A stretch of 64,000 nt of DNA from the NCBI RefSeq assembly GCF_001194135.2, contig NC_068986.1, positions 91,580,800 to 91,644,799 of the forward strand, in the 5' to 3' direction. This stretch comes from Octopus bimaculoides (Eukaryota). The position numbers were made by a program, and so were the translations under genes. Below are positions 61,601-64,000 of this stretch, one piece after another; position 1 is the first letter of the stretch, and each line of letters opens with the position of its first letter. The notes beneath the pieces are model-generated. The model was given only the letters and a program-made list of their open reading frames with translations. It did no database searches and was not told the DNA's origin.

Positions 61601-61976
61601 ATATATTTTGATAATTATACTTGCTTTACCTCAGTAAAAGTTACATAACCCAAGCTAATAAGTAAGCAGCTTTATTGTAGTATAGATGAACATCTGAAAC
61701 TAGTAAAAGAAACCATAACTTGGTATACCACATATTAAAATACATAATATACAGGTAGACTAAAAGAGAATCTGTTGTTCTGGAAATGGAGGGGAAAAAA
61801 TTCAGCAAAAAAAAAAAAAAGATAAGGAAAAGATGGTGCACCTTAGCAGTTTTGTGGTTAGCCTTAGCAAGTTCCTGCATGGAGTCAACTGCTCGATCAA
61901 GTTCTTTGAGGAAATCATCCACATAGTCAATGCCAGGCAATTCAGCAGCAGCAAGAGATTTCAAAAGCTGATTAGC
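167..61976 (-). CDS. BIRC6: BIRC6/BRUCE/Apollon, partial multi-exon gene (44 exons in window; N-terminal exon(s) and C-terminal UBC domain outside the window)
   Basis: The spliced translation is collinear with human BIRC6 as recalled (ANHKTAK-WATV, MYSEAARRETF, BIR, DRLCACT, FSATVSPCW, EVEPLHFTC, ERMHSGARRFV, RRARSAAWSY, HPCFGAG). All exons are GT-AG with compatible phases. Confidence 0.97.
1338..1473 (-). CDS. BIRC6: BIRC6 exon 43
   Basis: MMTAEERAAIETVVITFFNQVISCHSQNQHLFARVLCEV; phase 0-1. Confidence 0.92.
1506..1773 (-). mobile_element. RTE-LINE 3'-end derivative (family R1)
   Basis: (CAT)n tail on + followed by the R1 consensus shared with more than 10 copies and with the LINE 3' end at 26556. 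Confidence 0.85.
2535..2746 (-). CDS. BIRC6: BIRC6 exon 42
   Basis: NGLTVTADLVAAILGFFAEI...KDWMG...FWPVLLTLLC; phase 1-0. Confidence 0.92.
3793..4358 (-). CDS. BIRC6: BIRC6 exon 41
   Basis: SVYEWS...LKRAVDNVLCSVC...MTDDSK...QSPGAVQQLL; phase 2-1. Confidence 0.92.
4757..4993 (+). mobile_element. tRNA-derived SINE (family S2, MetaSINE-like core)
   Basis: A/B-box-like head (gttcaaatcc), core ctttcatcctttcggggtcgataaattaagtaccag; related copies at about 8393, 16440, 20880 and 26385. Confidence 0.75.
5590..5720. repeat. (GA)n/purine-rich microsatellite
   Basis: Imperfect gaga/gaaa tandem tract. Confidence 0.9.
5740..5970 (-). CDS. BIRC6: BIRC6 exon 40
   Basis: LKALIVWLGDSA...HVHCIAAILWYS; phase 2-2. 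Confidence 0.9.
6604..6709 (-). CDS. BIRC6: BIRC6 exon 39
   Basis: DSVSFMGKVSGVANDSTIEILYQLGTLQDSGTPA; phase 1-2; not in the ORF track. Confidence 0.9.
7535..7680 (-). mobile_element. SINE/LINE 3' fragment with an R1-like tail (family R2)
   Basis: atcatttaaacatccactttcccatgc...gttgccaaccc; related inverted copy at about 59335-59415. Confidence 0.55.
7747..7985 (-). CDS. BIRC6: BIRC6 exon 38
   Basis: LGWVQLLQHCL...LLTTCTALLVSP...VLLKLGLHST; phase 2-1. Confidence 0.92.
8393..8600 (-). mobile_element. tRNA-derived SINE (family S2)
   Basis: Reverse-complement similarity to 4757-4993; followed by (TAA)n. Confidence 0.72.
8768..9044 (-). CDS. BIRC6: BIRC6 exon 37
   Basis: CPSYVSLEVS...IRLHRARDSMTIGLSQILLMG; phase 1-2. 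Confidence 0.93.
9334..9534 (-). CDS. BIRC6: BIRC6 exon 36
   Basis: SISSSSPTATPAEVLIQASPPHRRARSAAWSYHFYPDETWVDLTIQLP; phase 1-1. Confidence 0.95.
9755..10040 (-). mobile_element. R1 element
   Basis: (CAT)n tail plus near-consensus R1 body. Confidence 0.88.
10688..10882 (-). CDS. BIRC6: BIRC6 exon 35
   Basis: AVDVICNNLVSCSQKIVNTSP...NFAPL; phase 1-1. Confidence 0.93.
12141..13111 (-). CDS. BIRC6: BIRC6 exon 34
   Basis: GAFYNSSGPLDAQ...ARFCFGGLFA...LVKLVNILVQ...LSDPLLWFILKVL; 971 nt; phase 2-1. Confidence 0.94.
13316..13785 (-). mobile_element. R1 element with an extended internal module array
   Basis: Tail plus about 5 gtgccacc(g/t)gcac modules. Confidence 0.88.
13843..13964 (-). CDS. BIRC6: BIRC6 exon 33
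   Basis: VGPSAAKAFYEFLQRL...LLLKLVYVLTAD; phase 0-2. Confidence 0.92.
14201..15501 (+). mobile_element. Decayed mariner (Tc1/mariner, DD34D-type) transposon
   Basis: Imperfect TIRs sharing aaagttcatgcac..tgttaaaat (14205-14243 and 15459-15499), TA at 15500-15501. Transposase remnants from ATG 14413: HTH (GEGTVAPRTAQKWF), IVTSDKKW, QQDNAKPH, YSPDVAPSDY; multiple stops. Confidence 0.93.
15842..16294 (-). CDS. BIRC6: BIRC6 exon 32 (alternative in-frame acceptor at 16288)
   Basis: VHLDTLLQLWL...RTWVLAFQTLTLL...PNFMNVLIRFLS; phase 0-0. Confidence 0.9.
16846..16998 (-). CDS. BIRC6: BIRC6 exon 31
   Basis: VMLSYQMVSVQGAFNARLPLAPPIWHFFQPFQFSSTDDELSEIIQCTSPTQ; open frame, good splice sites, phase 0-0; weakly conserved. 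Confidence 0.78.
17883..18036 (-). CDS. BIRC6: BIRC6 exon 30
   Basis: AVDFRLELGLQLQAEL matches recalled human ALDARLEVGLEQQAEL; acceptor chosen for phase 2. Confidence 0.82.
18704..18917 (-). CDS. BIRC6: BIRC6 exon 29
   Basis: SELGQTKES...LDFLLEENEYDDDAAAKFQEF; strong GTAAGT donor; phase 1-2; low conservation. Confidence 0.78.
19247..19396 (-). CDS. BIRC6: BIRC6 exon 28
   Basis: GERLYPASSPLEGVTDDDISAAV; phase 1-1. Confidence 0.82.
19933..20116 (-). CDS. BIRC6: BIRC6 exon 27
   Basis: VLARICLATRP...DFNHGTVAWGGPWAGHAITCLLQDIL; phase 0-1. Confidence 0.94.
20880..21045 (-). mobile_element. tRNA-derived SINE (family S2), degraded
   Basis: ctggtacttattttaataacccaaaaagctgaaaggc, the reverse complement of the S2 core. 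Confidence 0.6.
21083..21432 (-). mobile_element. R1 element
   Basis: (CAT)n tail plus consensus body. Confidence 0.88.
21610..21837 (-). CDS. BIRC6: BIRC6 exon 26 (alternative in-frame acceptor at 21816)
   Basis: YFNTILQIRKT...ERCLPVVRGLVTLILSMDSTCSVDLFLVASK; phase 0-0. Confidence 0.88.
22871..22953. repeat. Near-perfect inverted repeat (39/40-nt arms, 4-nt loop)
   Basis: Arms are complementary except for one 1-nt indel. Confidence 0.95.
23075..23349 (-). CDS. BIRC6: BIRC6 exon 25
   Basis: NRWSFLQG...KRIFHHKQKL; phase 1-0. Confidence 0.9.
24467..24589 (-). CDS. BIRC6: BIRC6 exon 24
   Basis: SVDLTLVGWILLFLCRNLD; phase 1-1. Confidence 0.88.
25988..26133 (-). CDS. BIRC6: BIRC6 exon 23
   Basis: VFVLLTALGQKSL...ILESLLGML; phase 2-1. 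Confidence 0.92.
26556..28700 (-). mobile_element. 5'-truncated, decayed RTE-clade LINE (reverse transcriptase plus 3' UTR)
   Basis: RT motifs KAPGP, RGIKLL, QFGFVPGRSTTDAIF, AFVDLEKAFDRV, GVHQG, YTDD, SETW; frameshifts and stops; 3' UTR resembles R1. Confidence 0.93.
28921..29257 (-). CDS. BIRC6: BIRC6 exon 22
   Basis: CEALFRHMCISGT...WWGKFLGNIL...VFPQD; phase 1-2. Confidence 0.94.
29861..30344 (-). CDS. BIRC6: BIRC6 exon 21
   Basis: ITTIGRYGGSATRSKIPVGSFYGH...LLEDIQCRY...DCLQLQLQLNL; phase 0-1. Confidence 0.95.
31072..31286 (-). CDS. BIRC6: BIRC6 exon 20
   Basis: ARRFVILDLGKPVLLTDVIIPACADLASLSIDVW...PPPICRYLK; phase 1-0. Confidence 0.96.
31706..31814 (-). CDS. BIRC6: BIRC6 exon 19
   Basis: HLLQPPSPQVLVVERMHS; phase 0-1. 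Confidence 0.92.
32049..32802 (-). CDS. BIRC6: BIRC6 exon 18
   Basis: YGLQGHPFDPDLFD...GLLEVEPLHFTCHATSD...PKTTPLFMTPPLSPPNE; phase 2-0. Confidence 0.95.
33134..33340 (+). mobile_element. R1 element (antisense to BIRC6)
   Basis: Ends ccaacccatgccagcatagaaagtggacgttgaacaatgatgatgat. Confidence 0.87.
34460..34714 (-). CDS. BIRC6: BIRC6 exon 17
   Basis: LLQALLECLPLLP...AGALRWFFTLLN...LHSLLKA; phase 2-2. Confidence 0.93.
35537..35700 (+). mobile_element. tRNA-derived SINE head (family S3)
   Basis: ggcacatggcctagtggttag head; similar to the reverse complement of 36085-36230. Confidence 0.68.
35870..36230 (-). mobile_element. tRNA-derived SINE (family S3)
   Basis: Minus-strand head ggcgcatgactcagtggttagagc...gagttcgaatccc (A and B boxes). 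Confidence 0.78.
36400..36525 (-). CDS. BIRC6: BIRC6 exon 16
   Basis: LSLVKACFIHGTRTTAHKASRLLVLCM; phase 2-2; not in the ORF track in this frame. Confidence 0.92.
37062..37232 (-). CDS. BIRC6: BIRC6 exon 15
   Basis: AEFHENLL...NLALDILCWV; phase 2-2. Confidence 0.92.
38547..38782 (-). CDS. BIRC6: BIRC6 exon 14
   Basis: ENIQGCDWIQELSITVRKTKKTRVPKE; phase 0-2. Confidence 0.92.
38965..39340 (-). mobile_element. Degraded R1-related element
   Basis: tttaatgtccaccttccatgc tail and duplicated ggatgcccttc...aaccac modules. Confidence 0.7.
39779..40451 (-). CDS. BIRC6: BIRC6 exon 13
   Basis: NTWDEHLFELVLPRPCTVGHIDVKF...ILCGP...LDLSG...TLTSPQL; contains a Thr tract; phase 2-0. Confidence 0.95.
41066..41285 (-). 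CDS. BIRC6: BIRC6 exon 12
   Basis: FENLMPRFSATVSPCWAEIQQEQQQRRHPQHL...QHTRTWKLQ; phase 1-2. Confidence 0.96.
41859..42050 (-). CDS. BIRC6: BIRC6 exon 11
   Basis: LDRLCACTMGGKLHF; phase 1-1. Confidence 0.92.
42293..42415 (+). mobile_element. SINE 3' portion (family S1)
   Basis: agaataagtactaggcttacaaagaataag...gtcaaatgactgaaacaagtaaaagaat. Confidence 0.8.
42920..43325 (-). mobile_element. Full-length tRNA-derived SINE with internal (CA)/(TA) microsatellite (family S1)
   Basis: Head ggagtggctgtgtggtaag...ggttcagtccc; copies at 48535, 50236, 57100 and 58212. Confidence 0.88.
44332..44530 (-). mobile_element. Diverged R1 element
   Basis: (CAT)n tail plus ttccatgctggcatgggttgg. Confidence 0.75.
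44799..46166 (-). CDS. BIRC6: BIRC6 exon 10 (largest, 1368 nt; WD40 beta-propeller region with inserted loops)
   Basis: GHILQCVELP...GTILVYRLNF...GHIKLWDLSTL...FTSLTCCT; phase 1-1. Confidence 0.93.
46745..47085 (+). mobile_element. R1 element with 3 tandem modules
   Basis: Three gccagt..gtgcc..ggcacgtaaaaagcacc-like units, then the R1 3' end. Confidence 0.85.
47756..47905 (-). CDS. BIRC6: Putative BIRC6 exon 9 (optional symmetric exon; donor at 47756 or 47816)
   Basis: CTTCTTCAG acceptor, open frame VKDRMEQLRAAVGGTDDVTWL, phase 1-1; no recognisable homology. Confidence 0.5.
48013..48155 (-). CDS. BIRC6: BIRC6 exon 8 (NAGNAG acceptor 48155/48152)
   Basis: RMDQQLKTERDRCPNELL...DELYTR; needed to bridge phase 2 to phase 1. 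Confidence 0.72.
48535..48709 (+). mobile_element. S1 SINE 5' half running into an assembly gap
   Basis: ggagtgactgtgtggtaagtagc head, then (TA)n, then Ns. Confidence 0.82.
48710..49274. other. Assembly gap (N run); other gaps at 20235-20244, 50206-50215 and 50816-51164
   Basis: Runs of n in the sequence. Confidence 1.
49275..49545 (-). mobile_element. R1 element truncated by the gap
   Basis: atttggcagagtttctacagctggatgccc plus repeated modules. Confidence 0.87.
50236..50578 (+). mobile_element. S1 SINE
   Basis: Head, core gccgaccaaagccttgtgag, tail gactgaaacaagtaaaagaataaaagaat. Confidence 0.85.
50599..50714 (-). CDS. BIRC6: BIRC6 exon 7
   Basis: KHCQFNLDPTEPVVAAK; GTAAGC donor; phase 0-2. 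Confidence 0.78.
51845..51940 (-). CDS. BIRC6: BIRC6 exon 6
   Basis: IECISTSSSKHFFATSTLNGNVVIWSTARLLK; phase 0-0. Confidence 0.9.
52973..53022 (-). CDS. BIRC6: BIRC6 exon 5 (50-nt mini-exon)
   Basis: VTYATQPALLHGEPTDK matches recalled human VTLATSPA; phase 1-0. Confidence 0.88.
53289..53362 (-). CDS. BIRC6: BIRC6 exon 4, BIR domain C-terminal part
   Basis: SEHERHSTSCPFVKGEYTQNVPL (Zn ligands H and C); phase 2-1. Confidence 0.96.
55163..55702. mobile_element. piggyBac-like MITE interrupted by a ~300-bp insertion
   Basis: Ends ccctttggtattcaaa and tttaaatgctaaaggg (13/16 inverted match), TTAA at the right end; ttacatttt duplicated at 55270 and 55580. Confidence 0.7.
56047..56106. repeat. Perfect 60-bp palindrome (30-bp arms, no spacer)
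   Basis: tgattatagtgcatgcatggttgaatactt followed directly by aagtattcaaccatgcatgcactataatca. Confidence 0.98.
56804..56932 (-). CDS. BIRC6: BIRC6 exon 3, BIR domain core
   Basis: WALPDPMAQAGFYHQPNSIGDDRAMCFTCNVCLVCWEPTDEPW; phase 2-2; not in the ORF track. Confidence 0.97.
57100..57486 (-). mobile_element. Full-length S1 SINE
   Basis: Collinear with 42920-43325. Confidence 0.88.
58212..58320 (+). mobile_element. S1 SINE head fragment
   Basis: tggctgtgcgg...gggttcagtctcactgcg. Confidence 0.7.
58600..58843 (+). mobile_element. Diverged R1 element
   Basis: Ends ccatgccagcatggaaaacggacattaaatggtgatgatg. Confidence 0.78.
58965..59255 (+). mobile_element. tRNA-derived SINE with a V-domain-like motif (family S4)
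   Basis: Head ggcacaatggcccagtggttagg...ttcgattccc; internal tgtgatgaactggcgtcccgtccag. Confidence 0.7.
59535..59785 (-). CDS. BIRC6: BIRC6 exon 2, BIR domain start
   Basis: WATVCIQLPH...RLSYLLPS...MYSEAARRETFGKWPHMNY; phase 0-2. Confidence 0.96.
61842..61976 (-). CDS. BIRC6: BIRC6 exon 1 of window (internal exon)
   Basis: ANQLLKSL...ANHKTAK; 135 nt; phase 0-0. Confidence 0.9.
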
Positions 61977-62169
61977 CTGTAAAATAAATACATACAGTAA
62001 TTTCAAAAAGCTTGTCTCTGCATCTTTAGAATCACAAGAAAATGTATTTGTTACACTAGTACAAGGTTTACAGGAAGTGAATCAGATTCTATCATGTTTA
62101 TGCATATCACAAAAGCATAAACAATATAAGTGGAAAAGAAAACAAGATAGCCCTACATCCACCACATCA

Positions 62170-62345
62170 GTCTACAATACAAACTTCTTGTTTTGGAGTG
62201 ATCTAAGTTAAAAACCCTTCATCAAAATTTCATGTGTGCCAAACACCAACTTAACAACAGTTATTTTAATAAATTCTTCATTATCTTCAAAATTAATTAA
62301 AACAAATGCAGTGTATTTTAAAAGAAATATGGTATTGAAAAGCTT
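62170..62345 (-). mobile_element. Degraded MITE-like interspersed repeat
   Basis: Reverse complement shares acatgaaattttg, ttttaa.ttagatcact and aaaaca.g with 62970-63175. Confidence 0.5.
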
Positions 62346-62969
62346 GACAATAAATTCATAAATATTCTAAATACCATAATTTTAGTATTTTACAAACACT
62401 TTTCTAGAATGTTTGAAACGATTTTGAATATTATTAGAGCAAGTATTTTTCAGTTGGATACCTCACCAATCATTCATCTTTGAAAAGTACTTACTTTTCC
62501 ATTGGCCAAAATGAAATGTAATGTACTATATCTTGAAGAACAGAAATGCAACATTTTAACTCATTATCAGGTATTCTGTACAGTCCAATACCTTATCTCC
62601 ACACATATAATATTTATACATACAACTGAACATCGTATTGCATAACATTTCTTTGGTAATAAGTACACGTATCATCTGACATATAGGCTCAAAACAACTG
62701 ATGATTGAATCTGTTTTCATGGTAATAATAAGCAGGTGAGAGAAATTTACTCTTGGATAATAGGATGCTAATCAATCCTAAAAATGTGGTACATTAATAA
62801 ATATCCAACTTTGCATTATAACAAATCTCTTTATGAATCCTTGTCTCTCAAACAACTAAGAAAATAAGGTTACTGTGACAATATTCTGCCTGCTCCACTG
62901 AAGGATGGAAATGAAAAGGGCCAGTGATCCAACAGTTATAAGAGAACTGAAGAAAATTGTTTAGTACAG

Positions 62970-63175
62970 GCTTTAACCTTTTATTCATATATTTCAGCTG
63001 AAAAAGGCTTCACTGATTCACTTGAGAAAATATTGAAAAATTTTTTTAAATAACTGTCACTATTAATCTAGTATATTGACATAAATTAACATGAAATTTT
63101 GGTAGAATGTTTTAATCTAGACCACTTTAAAACAGGTTTGTAGGAATAGTTTCAAGCAAGCTAGTATCAAAAAGT
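62970..63175 (+). mobile_element. Degraded MITE-like interspersed repeat
   Basis: Begins ttaacctttt; similar to the reverse complement of 62170-62345. Confidence 0.5.
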
Positions 63176-63686
63176 GCAAATTGAAACATGTAGAATTAAG
63201 TACCCCCATGAAGATAAGTGGAATGCCTGAAATGAATAAAAACTAAGGACTAATAAGCAAATTATGCAATACATTATGCACTAAATCATTTTCTTCTTAA
63301 TGAGCAGTAACATATTAAATAAAATTATGTTTTCATCCATTTCACTCATTTTAATACCAAATACTTTACAACTAACAAGGCCAGCATTAGTTAAAAATTA
63401 ACAAAAATAGATGTTCATAGATTAATAATTATTAGTCTGGAAAGACATTATTTCACTTGTTGAGGAAGAATATGTTTAGACTTCTACAGTACAGCTTGAT
63501 AAACAGTCTGCAATCAAATTTTGATCCTCTTAGGTATTGTACATTACAAAATAAAGATGACATGAACATTACCACTGCTGTTTAGATTAGATAACTCTGA
63601 TCACAAAATATCAGGAAACTATGTCCATTGAACTGCAGTATAGAATTAAGAAATCATTTAGATTTACTTGTTATATTTATTATTTA

Positions 63687-63770
63687 CTAGCAGAAATACC
63701 CGGCGTTGCCCGGGTTAAAGAGAATAATGAAATCTAAAAACGCCGTCTAGACTACGCATCATCTTTATAT
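63687..63770 (-). mobile_element. Helitron 3' terminus (5' extent uncertain)
   Basis: Minus strand reads CCCGG-GCAACG-CCGGG hairpin, 8 nt, CTAG, then T. Confidence 0.75.
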
Positions 63771-64000
63771 ATAGATGTATATACACACACGCACCCAAAC
63801 ACACATATATATATGTATATCAATATAAATATATGAAAGTCAATGAAGTTTCGTAAAAGAAGGTGATCATGTACATACTTTCTTGCTGTTGTGATTATAA
63901 CACCTCATTGTAAACTATGTTCCTTGTTTTCCCTTGTGGAGCATATACAAATAGGTTTTTTGTTGCTGCCCACTCTTGAGCAGCCAACATACAGTTGTCC

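Overview
AT-rich, repeat-rich eukaryotic genomic DNA with four N-gaps. An octopus or other cephalopod origin is inferred from the SINE/LINE and microsatellite landscape, not proven. Almost the whole window is one minus-strand gene, BIRC6 (BRUCE/Apollon, the giant BIR + UBC inhibitor of apoptosis). I traced 44 GT-AG coding exons from 61976 to 167, one of them optional, and all splice phases are compatible (about 11,857 nt, about 3,950 codons). They include a complete BIR domain split over three exons. The first exon(s) lie beyond 64000 and the C-terminal UBC domain lies before position 1. The introns carry a decayed mariner, a 5'-truncated RTE-type LINE with many short 3'-end derivatives, several tRNA-derived SINE families, piggyBac-like MITEs and a Helitron 3' end. 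I found no second protein-coding gene, tRNA/rRNA gene or CRISPR array, and no clearly new multi-gene system. The best leads are a degenerate intronic copy of part of the largest exon, inverted repeats flanking a 1368-nt symmetric exon (possible stop-free circRNA), two near-perfect intronic palindromes, inverted SINE pairs near exons (possible ADAR substrates), a nested MITE/retrocopy insertion and a c-Myc-like phosphodegron motif. All homology statements come from memory of family sequences; no database search was run.
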